Of a stretch of 64,000 nucleotides of DNA, positions 1 to 8,896 are shown in pieces. Position numbers and translations under genes: made by a program. Location of the stretch: IMG/VR virus record IMGVR_UViG_3300010885_038586. One strand, written 5' to 3'. The notes beneath the pieces are model-generated. The model was not told the origin of the DNA, searched no databases, and saw only the letters and a list, made by a program, of their open reading frames with translations. The stretch's first letter is position 1. Every line of letters begins with the position of its first letter. The DNA comes from an uncultured virus (IMG/VR IMGVR_UViG_3300010885_038586). Lineage: Duplodnaviria; Heunggongvirae; Uroviricota; Caudoviricetes.

Positions 1-121
1 CTGTGCCGCTGTGCCGCGGTGCCGGTGTGCCGCTGTGCCGCTGTGCCGCTGTGCCGCTGTGCCGCTGTGCCGCTGTGCCGCTGTGCCGCTGTGCCGCTGT
101 GCCGCTGTGCCGCTGTGCCGC
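1..121. repeat. Tandem 8-bp repeat (CTGTGCCG)x15
   Basis: 15 consecutive units, two with single substitutions; begins at the window edge. Confidence 0.95.
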
Positions 122-147
122 AATTGATCCACGCCGCATGAGCACAG

Positions 148-180
148 AAAAAGCCGCTACCCTTTCGCGGGGTAGCGGCT
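148..180 (-). terminator. Intrinsic terminator
   Basis: AGCCGCTACC...GGTAGCGGCT stem with an A-run on + (U-run on -), just downstream of ORF 206..409. Confidence 0.75.
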
Positions 181-205
181 GCTGGAAGTCCTGCCAGCGT
201 GTGAG

Positions 206-409
206 CTATTGCAGGAAGCCACGCCGGGCCGCGTTGCGGTAGTGGCGCATAAGGGTACGGATTGAACTTGAGCCAGTACCGCCGATTAAGCACCAACCGC
301 CTTGCGCCCGCTCCCATTCTTCAAACCAGATTTTCGATCCACGCTGTACACCGCGAGTCACGCGAAAGCCAGCCTTAAAGAGGGAGAGGTTTATTTGCTT
401 GAGAGTCAT
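206..409 (-). CDS. Hypothetical protein
   Basis: ATG at 409, terminator downstream, TTGACG-17-AAAGGT promoter-like site upstream. Confidence 0.55.
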   Translation of the reverse strand: MTLKQINLSLFKAGFRVTRGVQRGSKIWFEEWERAQGGWCLIGGTGSSSIRTLMRHYRNAARRGFLQ

Positions 410-497
410 TTGATTTGTGAGTTGAGATTTCCTAACCAGCGGCACCTTTCACCATGATTATTCACCCGTCAAGGCTCAATTGTATATATTTTATATA

Positions 498-1073
498 CTA
501 CTTCCCGGCTTTCGCTTTGATCTTGTGAAAAGTCTCTCCCCAAAAATCTGCATCTTCATCTTCTGTGTCTGCCGGAGCGGGGGCGGGTTTGACCAGTGCC
601 AAGTACTCCGCAGTATCGGACAGTTCGCCAGTTTTTGAGACCGTCGGAAGTGGGGCAGGCGGGAGCGTCTCGGCTTTAGGACTTCCAGGCACCTCCATGC
701 TTTCGGCGTACCTGTCTTTTTCCTCTTGAGACATCTCCGTACCATTGCGAATGCAAATGGCTTCAATCAGTGCCTCAATTCCAGGAGATTCCCCCTTTTC
801 ACGCATGAGTCGGAGATGTTGACGTCTGGCCATTTTGTGCTGCCACAAACCTTGATACCTGTCAAGGTACGGGCCTTTTGCCTGCTTGAGCTTCTTTGGG
901 GCGAAGTCGGGGTCAGGAGACACACCAAGTGTATTCGGGCAGTCGCGGTCGAGCCGTTGGCAGATAGCGTCATTGATCCACTTCGTACGGGAGACTCCGT
1001 ACGGAAGGTGAGCGGCACGAAGCCGGGCTTGTGTTACCAGATGCAGATTCAAGAGGATACGTTCGGGATTCAT
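498..1073 (-). CDS. Hypothetical protein, possible ribbon-helix-helix N-terminus; acidic DFWG motif near C-terminus
   Basis: 191-aa ORF; GVSRTKWINDAI resembles an Arc/RHH helix; DEDADFWG. Confidence 0.65.
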   Translation of the reverse strand: MNPERILLNLHLVTQARLRAAHLPYGVSRTKWINDAICQRLDRDCPNTLGVSPDPDFAPKKLKQAKGPYLDRYQGLWQHKMARRQHLRLMREKGESPGIEALIEAICIRNGTEMSQEEKDRYAESMEVPGSPKAETLPPAPLPTVSKTGELSDTAEYLALVKPAPAPADTEDEDADFWGETFHKIKAKAGK

Positions 1074-1121
1074 AGGACTGGAATGTATAACCCTTTTCTG
1101 CCTCCCGTCAAGAGCATCATT

Positions 1122-1275
1122 TTATATACTGTCCAGTAAGTACTGTCCAGACCCCTAAAACGGCTTTCTCTACGGTACAATCCATGTGATTATTTTATAC
1201 ATAATAATCACCAAAACTTTTCCTCATGTACATCTATAAAAGGGGACTGGACAGTACTTACTGGACAGTATATAA
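1122..1275. repeat. 35-bp inverted repeat (1 mismatch) around an AT-rich core; candidate origin or binding site
   Basis: 1122-1156 is the reverse complement of 1241-1275; each arm contains TACTGTCCAG twice. Confidence 0.85.
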
Positions 1276-1341
1276 CAAAAGGGTAGAACTTTAACCTTTG
1301 CTCAAGAGAAAAGAAATATACAAAATATATAGAATCAGTAC

Positions 1342-1370
1342 TTGACGGAGCAATAGAGCACTGTTAAGGT
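1342..1370 (+). promoter_or_regulatory. Sigma70-type promoter
   Basis: TTGACG-17-TAAGGT upstream of the first early ORF. Confidence 0.65.
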
Positions 1371-1404
1371 TCAAACGTTAGGAAACTTCAAACACTTAAA
1401 TATT

Positions 1405-1842
1405 ATGCAAACAGAAATGACAGAAGACAGTAAAAACTTCCTGGAAACCCTCCTTTGGGCCTTGCCGGAAAATGAGCCGCAAGAGGTACGCGATGCCACG
1501 ATTTACGATTTCTCCCCGGAGTTCATTTCCGGCGTTGAGTCATTTATCGCTGGTTTTCGTGCGTTCGCTGGCGAGCGTAACCCCGAAGCACTAGCACAAG
1601 CCGATAGCTGCCCCCGCTCATTCGGTGGCAACGTCTATTTCAGTCTTTCCGGCCACGGGGTCGGATTCTGGGATGATAAAGAATCCGAGGAAATGCAGCC
1701 ACTCTTGGAAGAGTACAGCGGTAGCAAGTACCGCTTTGAGGAGCTTGGCAGCAGTCTGAGCTTTCGGGAAGATGGTAAACTTGACCTTTCCTTCGTCCCT
1801 GAGGTCATTGGTGAATACCGTGCGAAGCTCTTCAGCCGCTGA
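1405..1842 (+). CDS. Hypothetical early phage protein
   Basis: 145-aa ORF with a GHGVGFWD motif recalled from uncharacterised phage proteins. Confidence 0.8.
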   Translation: MQTEMTEDSKNFLETLLWALPENEPQEVRDATIYDFSPEFISGVESFIAGFRAFAGERNPEALAQADSCPRSFGGNVYFSLSGHGVGFWDDKESEEMQPLLEEYSGSKYRFEELGSSLSFREDGKLDLSFVPEVIGEYRAKLFSR

Positions 1843-1850
1843 GAATCAAA

Positions 1851-1904
1851 GTCGAAACGCCTCCGGGCGTCTGGCGGGCACGTCTAACCCGCCACTGATG
1901 AGAC
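1851..1904 (+). ncRNA. Type II hammerhead ribozyme
   Basis: GTC-GAAA-CGCC(tccg)GGCG-TC-TGGCGGG(loop)CCCGCCA-CTGATGA-GAC: complete core with a GUC cleavage triplet. Confidence 0.9.
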
Positions 1905-1938
1905 AAGACACAAGGGAAACTTCAAACACTTAATTATT

Positions 1939-2700
1939 ATGCAAAGCGAAACACTCGAATACAAAGGCTACAAAATCCAAATCCAGCGGGATGAGGATGC
2001 AGAGAACCCGTTTGAGCAATGGGACTGGGAGCCTCCTTTGGTGACTTATTACGCTGGTCGTAATGGCTACGCTAAAAGCTATAAAGGAGCACCGGAAACC
2101 ATGGCAGACCTCATTCGGCTGATGCCTGAAGCCTGCTTCAGTCGGGGGCAACGGGTGGCACTCTTCAAAAAGCTGGGGATGGATGAAAAGTACACCTTCC
2201 GCGAATTTGCACAGGCAGTCCGCGACTATGGTACAGTTCAGTCCGCGCTAATTGAGCTGGTGACAGAGCAAGTCGGATCGAAGCCGGAAGGCTGGCGAGA
2301 TGCCCTCGCCTGGTTTGAGATGGCCGAATCGCTCCTTACTTGGGCAGGCATTCCCTGCTTGAGCACTCAGAGTAACGGGTACTGCCAAGGCGATTGCACA
2401 CTACTGCTTGTCATTCTCTTGCCGGAATGGGTGAAGATGGCAGGTACAAAGCCGGAGCACTTCGCAGAATCCATGCAGCAATCCGCCGACTTGTACGGCG
2501 CTTGGGCTTGGGGCGATGTGTACGGAGTCGCTGAGATACTTGATCCGAGCGGTGACGAGATTGAAAAAGGCTCATGCTGGGGCTTCTACGGTCGAGACCA
2601 TGACAAGTCTGGCCTCATGGAGCACGCCAGAACCTCGATTGATTGGCATCTTGAGCAAGTGGCACAAACCGCCCTCAATATGCCAGCTTGCCTCATTTGA
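1939..2700 (+). CDS. Hypothetical early phage protein
   Basis: 253-aa ORF with a WAWGDVYG...SCWGFYG motif recalled from phage proteins. Confidence 0.85.
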   Translation: MQSETLEYKGYKIQIQRDEDAENPFEQWDWEPPLVTYYAGRNGYAKSYKGAPETMADLIRLMPEACFSRGQRVALFKKLGMDEKYTFREFAQAVRDYGTVQSALIELVTEQVGSKPEGWRDALAWFEMAESLLTWAGIPCLSTQSNGYCQGDCTLLLVILLPEWVKMAGTKPEHFAESMQQSADLYGAWAWGDVYGVAEILDPSGDEIEKGSCWGFYGRDHDKSGLMEHARTSIDWHLEQVAQTALNMPACLI

Positions 2701-2763
2701 CGCTCAAACCCTGCCCCGCCGGTCACAATGGCCAGTGGGGCAGAATTGAACGCCACGTTCAGC

Positions 2764-2792
2764 TTGACACTGTGAAAATTTAACCCTACAAT
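2764..2792 (+). promoter_or_regulatory. Sigma70-type promoter
   Basis: TTGACA-17-TACAAT, 8 nt before the ATG at 2801. Confidence 0.8.
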
Positions 2793-2800
2793 ACGACACC

Positions 2801-3349
2801 ATGAAAACTAACACCGACACACCTACACCCCGACACACCTACACCCCGACACACCTTAACCGCTGGACTCGCCCCGACTCGTACATGGGGGCCGAATGGC
2901 CGGAGTACTTCTATTTCCTCAGTCAAAATCGAGACAGTGACGCGCTAACCCGCTCTAATTTCCGCTGCGGGCTGGCAGCACTCGAAAAGCTGCCAGCGTT
3001 CTCCCCTGAGAATGATGAAACCGAGAGCCGCTTTGCCCTTCGTGAGGGGCACTGGGCATGCGGCTGGATTGAGTGGATTGCCATCCACCTTTCCGACGTG
3101 GAAGCACTCAAAGCCGCCGACAAGATGGCGGCAGGTCTGGACTCGTACCCCGTGCTGAACGAATACGACTTCAGCGACTTGGAACAAGAGGAAGCAGATC
3201 AAACGTGGCAAAACTGCTACGGTGTGAAGGAGCGCCTCGCCTATGTGCGCAAATTCCGCAATCAGTTTGAGTTTCGCGACTTTGGCGACGTTCTGGCCTG
3301 CATTCGTGGTAAGTACTTTGCCGGTTATGCTTCCGAACTGCTCGCCTAA
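2801..3349 (+). CDS. Hypothetical early phage protein
   Basis: 182 aa; HWACGWIE...YPVLNE motif. Confidence 0.85.
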   Translation: MKTNTDTPTPRHTYTPTHLNRWTRPDSYMGAEWPEYFYFLSQNRDSDALTRSNFRCGLAALEKLPAFSPENDETESRFALREGHWACGWIEWIAIHLSDVEALKAADKMAAGLDSYPVLNEYDFSDLEQEEADQTWQNCYGVKERLAYVRKFRNQFEFRDFGDVLACIRGKYFAGYASELLA

Positions 3350-3358
3350 AACCGCACC

Positions 3359-3694
3359 ATGAAAACCTGCCCTAAATACCTGCAAGAGCTGTACGGCCCG
3401 GTCACGCCTGAAACGTGGCGGCGCTGGCTAGACTACCAGCAATCAGCCCGCGACACCCTCGCTGCTCCTGGCTGCGACTGGTCAAAAGCCCGTGCCTTCT
3501 ACGATGAAGCTGGGCGGATATCAAACCAGTTGAGCCGCTGCGGGTCGCATTCCACGTCCAGCTTGACCACTAAACGCCCCTTCCCCTGGTGTGGCGTGAG
3601 CATGTACCTGCAATTCGCCGGCCGTTCCATATCGCTAGACGTGGAAACCGCTGATAGTGACTTGCGCACGATTGCAGAGTTCAGAGAAGATTAA
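3359..3694 (+). CDS. Hypothetical protein
   Basis: ORF tightly packed in the early operon. Confidence 0.65.
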   Translation: MKTCPKYLQELYGPVTPETWRRWLDYQQSARDTLAAPGCDWSKARAFYDEAGRISNQLSRCGSHSTSSLTTKRPFPWCGVSMYLQFAGRSISLDVETADSDLRTIAEFRED

Positions 3695-3811
3695 AACCTC
3701 ACACCATGAAAACATCACCACTAAAACCTTGCTGCCCCTACGGGACATATCAGCGTGCCACTTCCGGCCTGCCAGTCCGCGACATTATGAACCACTTCCG
3801 ATTTTAGCATT

Positions 3812-4090
3812 ATGAAAACCAGTACTTACGATATGTCAGGAGGCAGCGCCCATGTTCGCGCCATCGCGGAGGAGTCGGGCCTTGATTGGATGGCCTGCCA
3901 TTCAAACGAAAAAACCGCGACCGTCGAAGGGTTTCAAGTTGAAACTTGGTACGACGAAAACTCTAGCTCTGCGTACTCCTCCTGGTGTGCATTCATTAAA
4001 GGGGTCGGCACTTGCTCTGCTATCAGCGTGGAACAAGCCACAACGGAAGTCATTGCTAAAGCCCGCAACGCCAAAAACAAAAAGCCATGA
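3812..4090 (+). CDS. Hypothetical protein
   Basis: ATGA-coupled to the next ORF. Confidence 0.7.
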   Translation: MKTSTYDMSGGSAHVRAIAEESGLDWMACHSNEKTATVEGFQVETWYDENSSSAYSSWCAFIKGVGTCSAISVEQATTEVIAKARNAKNKKP

Positions 4091-4299
4091 AACTTTTCAC
4101 TATCGCCGGAGTAACAGAGTGCGCAGGGATCACGCGAAACATCCCACCACGCTATGACCTGCGTCCCATGAACCACAAGGCGGCTTGCAACTTTGCCCGT
4201 GCATGCACTACCGGCTTCACACGTTGGACTCTGCACCTATGGCCCGACAGCGTGCCTCACACGGGCGAGCCGTTGATTGCAAGCAAGTACCGCCGCTAA
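4087..4299 (+). CDS. Hypothetical protein
   Basis: ATGA overlap. Confidence 0.6.
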   Translation: MKLFTIAGVTECAGITRNIPPRYDLRPMNHKAACNFARACTTGFTRWTLHLWPDSVPHTGEPLIASKYRR

Positions 4300-4431
4300 A
4301 CTTATGACCCCGCCCCGCCTCGCCGCTCAAATCGCGGCAAACGTCAAAGAAACCCAAACACAAGCCCTGCTTAGCTATGTAGCTAAGCAGGAAGCCGTTG
4401 ACAAACGCAAACCAGAAACCAACAAACCGAG

Positions 4432-4776
4432 ATGAAAAACGGAATAGCATTAATGGCGCAAGCCTTGAAAATTGGTACCGTACCCGTGGAACTGCGCAAA
4501 AGCCGTACAGGCTGGCGCGCTTTCATGCCTGCCAGCATCACCCGCAACGGCGGAGTTGATCAAACCTCCCACGTTGAAATTTCCTACCACCCTATGTCCA
4601 AAACCGGCCTGAAAATGTGGCTGGCGCAAAGGTACTGCGCGGAGGTCTTCGAGAAGACCGACGGCGTGTACATTTCCCCGCGCTACGCCATGAAATGCCC
4701 CCGCTGGGGTTCTCGCTTTGGCGCTTTGCCAGAACTTACTCACTTTATGAAACGCGCTGGCCTGATCTCAGTATGA
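4432..4776 (+). CDS. Hypothetical protein
   Basis: ATGA overlaps at both ends. Confidence 0.65.
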   Translation: MKNGIALMAQALKIGTVPVELRKSRTGWRAFMPASITRNGGVDQTSHVEISYHPMSKTGLKMWLAQRYCAEVFEKTDGVYISPRYAMKCPRWGSRFGALPELTHFMKRAGLISV

Positions 4777-5051
4777 ACTCCGCACTTCCCAAGCCTCTGA
4801 TCCTCTGGTGCCGCTCCGAACATGGCGAGCGCGCCGCCCGCATGCTTCCATGCTACATGCGCGGAGAGATGAACAAGTACGCGCCACCCGGCAAAGGAAA
4901 CCGGGCAGCTCGGCGCGCACTGTCGCAATGCACCCTCAAACCGGGCAAGATCGTGCCTCCCGTGTCGTGGAGTCGCAAAACCTGCTGCGCCATCGCCGAC
5001 AACCTGGTACGCATTGCCAACTGCAAAACGCAAATCCCTTGGAAGTCATGA
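4773..5051 (+). CDS. Hypothetical protein
   Basis: ATGA-coupled start at 4773. Confidence 0.6.
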   Translation: MNSALPKPLILWCRSEHGERAARMLPCYMRGEMNKYAPPGKGNRAARRALSQCTLKPGKIVPPVSWSRKTCCAIADNLVRIANCKTQIPWKS

Positions 5052-5236
5052 AACCCGCCACCCTGCAAAACCTCCACCGCGAGCAATTCCTGCGGGCCTG
5101 CAATGACCTGCAAACCGCGTACAACCATGGTCTAGGCATCGTCCGCGCCTCTGTCACACTTCACCGCCTCAAAGGCGTCGTACCCCGTTCCCTGCATCGC
5201 CACATACCCACCCCCAAAACCACTGCAACGCCATGA
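5048..5236 (+). CDS. Hypothetical protein
   Basis: ATGA-coupled at both ends. Confidence 0.6.
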   Translation: MKPATLQNLHREQFLRACNDLQTAYNHGLGIVRASVTLHRLKGVVPRSLHRHIPTPKTTATP

Positions 5237-6081
5237 ACCCCGAACAACTCAAAGAAACCCTGCGCCTTCACTCCCTATGGTTAAAAGGTGATCCCGCTGG
5301 AAAACGTGCGAACCTTCGCAGCGCGAACCTTCGCAGCGCGGACCTTCGCAGCGCGGACCTTCGCAGCGCGGACCTTTCCGGCGCGGACCTTTCCGGCGCG
5401 AACCTTTCCGGCGCGAACCTTTCCGGCGCGAACCTTCGCAGCGCGAACCTTCGCAGCGCGAACCTTCGCAGCGCGGACCTTCGCAGCGCGAACCTTTCCG
5501 GCGCGAACCTTCGCAGCGCGGACCTTTCCGGCGCGGACCTTTCCGGCGCGGACCTTTCCGGCGCGAACCTTCGCAGCGCGGACCTTTCCGGCGCGAACCT
5601 TCGCAGCGCGAACCTTTCCGGCGCGAACCTTTCCGGCGCGAACGTTCGCAGCGCGGACCTTTCCGGCGCGAACCTTCGCAGCGCGAACCTTTCCGGCGCG
5701 GACCTTTCCGGCGCGAACCTTCGCAGCGCGGACCTTTCCGGCGCGAACCTTCGCAGCGCGAACCTTTCCGGCGCGAACCTTCGCAGCGCGGACCTTTCCG
5801 GCGCGAACCTTCGCAGCGCGGACCTTTCCGGCGCGGACCTTGCCGAGAGTCGCGGCCTGCAATTTAGCCAAGCAGCTTTCACCGGGCACGGCGAACGTGG
5901 GAGGATGCTCACGCTCGCAGTCATCGACGAAAAGTCGGTTTTCTTCTGCGGGTGCTTCTGTGGCGGTCCTGAAGAACTGGCAGCGTACATCGCAGCCGGG
6001 CCGTACAAGTACAAACCCTCGCGCCTGCTCGCTATGAACTTTTGCCTAGAGGCAATCAAACTGGAAAGGGTCGAAGCGTGA
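5233..6081 (+). CDS. Pentapeptide repeat protein
   Basis: About 35 A[N/D]L(RS/SG) pentapeptides; LHSLWL..G.RA N-terminus and CGCF C-terminal domain. Confidence 0.95.
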   Translation: MNPEQLKETLRLHSLWLKGDPAGKRANLRSANLRSADLRSADLRSADLSGADLSGANLSGANLSGANLRSANLRSANLRSADLRSANLSGANLRSADLSGADLSGADLSGANLRSADLSGANLRSANLSGANLSGANVRSADLSGANLRSANLSGADLSGANLRSADLSGANLRSANLSGANLRSADLSGANLRSADLSGADLAESRGLQFSQAAFTGHGERGRMLTLAVIDEKSVFFCGCFCGGPEELAAYIAAGPYKYKPSRLLAMNFCLEAIKLERVEA

Positions 6082-6178
6082 ACCCCTTGGAACCGGAAGA
6101 ACCCGCCGCCCTGGTACAGCTTGCGCTGGTGCTCCTGATGGGTGCCGCCTTCGCGTTGGTCTTTTTGGGCTTTTGCCA

Positions 6179-6206
6179 TTGACACTATTTAAATTCATCC
6201 TATACT
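6179..6206 (+). promoter_or_regulatory. Sigma70-type promoter
   Basis: TTGACA-16-TATACT. Confidence 0.7.
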
Positions 6207-6233
6207 TTCAACCCCAGCAACTCCACACCTACT

Positions 6234-8057
6234 ATGCAAAGCAAACCCGTTAAAATGATCGCCCGTGCAGACCTTGTACCCTGCGACAGCTACGAGGCCA
6301 CGTACTGCCCCGAAGATGACAAGCTCAGACTCTACGTTGGCCGAATCCCTCGTGAAGAGTACAACTTTCTCCGCGCCGAAGGTTGGACCAGCACTTCAAA
6401 ACAGTCTGAAGCAGGACAGGGCGAATTTGCCGCCGTTTGGACTCCCAGCCGCGAGGCAACGGCACTTCAATATGCTGAGTTTATCGGCGACGAAGACACC
6501 CCGCCTACCGAGCGAGCCGCAGACCGTGCCGAGCGTTTCGGCGGGTACATGGAAAAACGGGCAGGCGAAGCCACCGGCCACGCCGACAACTACGACAGCC
6601 GCCCCGCCGCCCACGGGTTCCAGTCCGAGCGCAAAGCCGAGCGAGCCGCCGCACGACATGACCGCATTGGCGACCGTGCAACCGACCAATGGAGCAAGGC
6701 CGAGTACTGGCAGCGCCGTACCGCTGGCGTGATCTCCCATGCACTGCACAAGTCCAGCCCTGAAATGCGTATGGGCCGCATTAAGACGCTAGAAGCTGAG
6801 TTGCGGAAAGCCAGGGCGGATCTGGAAAGCCGCGCCAAGCATTACCGGAATATGGTCAAGCTCTCCGCCCTTGAAGACCCCGAGCAGAAAACCCGGCTTG
6901 TCTTGCATTACGTCGGCAGTACTTCCACCTGGGAACGGTATCTGCACCCCCGCGCTGCCACACTGGAGAGCGAGTACTGGCGCACCAACGAAACCAGCCT
7001 TTACAGCCTGATGACGTACGAACTCGACCCGATCACCGGGGCGGAAGCGTGCGCGCTGTATTTCTCAGACCATGGTGAGCCGAAAGACTCAACCCAATGG
7101 AGCCGCCACCTCGAATTGCGCCTGGCCTACGAACACCAGATGCTTGAGGCGCAGGGAGGCCGGGCCGCGTTCGTGGAGATGGAAGCGGGTGGCTTTGTCG
7201 GCAAGCACCAGATTACGAAAGTCACGAAGTCCCCGGCAACGGGTCGCGTGGTGAGCGTGGAAATCGAGCACATGAGCGAAACCAACCAGTACGGCAGAGA
7301 ATGGAGCGACGGCAAAGGCCCGCGCATGCTCAAGACGTTGATCAACATTGAACGCATGGGCGCTAACATCTACCGCGCTCCCACCGACGAAGAGCGGGCA
7401 GTTTACGCCGCCAAGGTGGCAGACGCCAAGAAGGCAAAAGCCAAGGCCAGCAAAGAGAAAGCCGCAGCCGGTGAAAACTGCCCGCTCATCAACCCCACCG
7501 ATGAGGATGCCGAACGCCTGCAAGCCCTTTGGAATGAGAAGGCGACAGAGTGCGGATGGTATCAACGCAACGGCGGCAAACCTTCCGAGGTTCTGCGGAT
7601 GACCCAGGCGCAGTACAGCGCCAACAGCGGCGGCACGTACGCCACCCTTGGCACCATCACCGTCTGCGAGCATGGCACCAAGCACGAGAAACGTTCAGGT
7701 GATACCATCACCCGGCACAGCGTTTTTAAGATCCGCAGCACCAGCAACGGGTACAACGCTGACCGCGTGGTACTCATCACCGACAAGCCGCAGAAGAAAA
7801 TCCCGTGGGATGCGGTCAAAGCCGCCCGCGCCAAAGAACCGACCGTTGACATCCTGCGTTCCCGGTTTGACGAATTGAACACCCTGCTTCGTGGCAAATG
7901 GATGCCCGACAGCAAGACGGCAGAGCACAAGCTGATCCAAGACGCCCGGTACTGCGGTCTGGTCTTCGTCTCCTCTATGTCTCAGTTCGGCTGGAGCGAT
8001 AAAGGCGCGGCAATCTACAAGGCACACCAGCAATCTGAACAACTCCAAGCCGCGTAA
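6234..8057 (+). CDS. DUF3560-like protein
   Basis: ATYCPEDDKLRLY...WTPSRE...ERAADRAERF...KAEYW...RIKTLEAELRK pattern. Confidence 0.75.
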   Translation: MQSKPVKMIARADLVPCDSYEATYCPEDDKLRLYVGRIPREEYNFLRAEGWTSTSKQSEAGQGEFAAVWTPSREATALQYAEFIGDEDTPPTERAADRAERFGGYMEKRAGEATGHADNYDSRPAAHGFQSERKAERAAARHDRIGDRATDQWSKAEYWQRRTAGVISHALHKSSPEMRMGRIKTLEAELRKARADLESRAKHYRNMVKLSALEDPEQKTRLVLHYVGSTSTWERYLHPRAATLESEYWRTNETSLYSLMTYELDPITGAEACALYFSDHGEPKDSTQWSRHLELRLAYEHQMLEAQGGRAAFVEMEAGGFVGKHQITKVTKSPATGRVVSVEIEHMSETNQYGREWSDGKGPRMLKTLINIERMGANIYRAPTDEERAVYAAKVADAKKAKAKASKEKAAAGENCPLINPTDEDAERLQALWNEKATECGWYQRNGGKPSEVLRMTQAQYSANSGGTYATLGTITVCEHGTKHEKRSGDTITRHSVFKIRSTSNGYNADRVVLITDKPQKKIPWDAVKAARAKEPTVDILRSRFDELNTLLRGKWMPDSKTAEHKLIQDARYCGLVFVSSMSQFGWSDKGAAIYKAHQQSEQLQAA

Positions 8058-8064
8058 CTACGCT

Positions 8065-8700
8065 ATGACATCCACCCTACGGCCGCCAGACATCTCCCGC
8101 CTGCTTTCCTTGCGTGCCGAGCACGGTCTGGCGACGCAGGCAATGGCAGCCACCGCGCCACGGTTCCAAGCCCTCAAACAGCGGCACGAGAAGGGCACTG
8201 CCCCGCGTGCGGTGTCCAGTTTCCAACTATTCCAAACACCTGCGCCCCTCGCTGCCCGCATGGTCGAACTTGCCGGAGATCGTGCCCGGCTTTGCGTTCT
8301 GGAGCCGTCTGCGGGCCTCGGGCGCATCCTCAATGCACTTGGACAGCCTGCCGAGCTTGTAGCCGTAGAAGTGGCGCAGCAATGCGCCGACGAACTGCGC
8401 AGGCGTGAAGGCTTGCGCGTGGTGCAGCGGGATTTCCTCACCGTGGAACCGGCAGAGCTTGGACAGTTCGACTGCATTGTGATGAACCCTCCTTTCCATT
8501 TGCGTTCGGATATTCGACACATACAGCACGCGCTCAAGTTCCTGCTGCCAGGTGGCGTGCTGGTCGCCATGTGCATGGACACCCAGCACCGCGAGAAAGC
8601 CTTGCGCCCGTTGGCTGCAACGTGGGAGCAGGTACCAGCCGGAACTTTCCGCGAGTCCAACACCGACGTTCCAACAGTAATGTTGAGCATTCGCAGATAA
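8065..8700 (+). CDS. SAM-dependent N6-adenine-type methyltransferase
   Basis: FQTP, LEPSAGLG (motif I), MNPPF (motif IV), F..S.T.V.T. Confidence 0.9.
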   Translation: MTSTLRPPDISRLLSLRAEHGLATQAMAATAPRFQALKQRHEKGTAPRAVSSFQLFQTPAPLAARMVELAGDRARLCVLEPSAGLGRILNALGQPAELVAVEVAQQCADELRRREGLRVVQRDFLTVEPAELGQFDCIVMNPPFHLRSDIRHIQHALKFLLPGGVLVAMCMDTQHREKALRPLAATWEQVPAGTFRESNTDVPTVMLSIRR

Positions 8701-8896
8701 ACCCGCTCCCCACTGCCCCGCCTTGTGGCCTAAATAGCCACCTGTGCAGGGGCAGAGTGGAACGGATCAACGAAAGATCCATAAAGACCAATTTCCAGCG
8801 GTGAACGCTGGCACGGTCAGCCAGTAAGGCTGGCGACAAACAGACAACGAAACAACACTCCTGACCTAAGCAGGGCAGGGACAAAAACAAAAGAAC

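Noticed and set aside
1..121. CRISPR array
   Set aside because: 8-bp units with no spacers; no repeat-spacer array seen anywhere in the window.
3..242. Cys-rich ORF (PLCRCAAV)n
   Set aside because: It is only the translation of the 8-bp tandem repeat.
5268..6185. Alternative-frame and antisense repetitive ORFs
   Set aside because: By-products of the stop-free 15-nt pentapeptide repeat.
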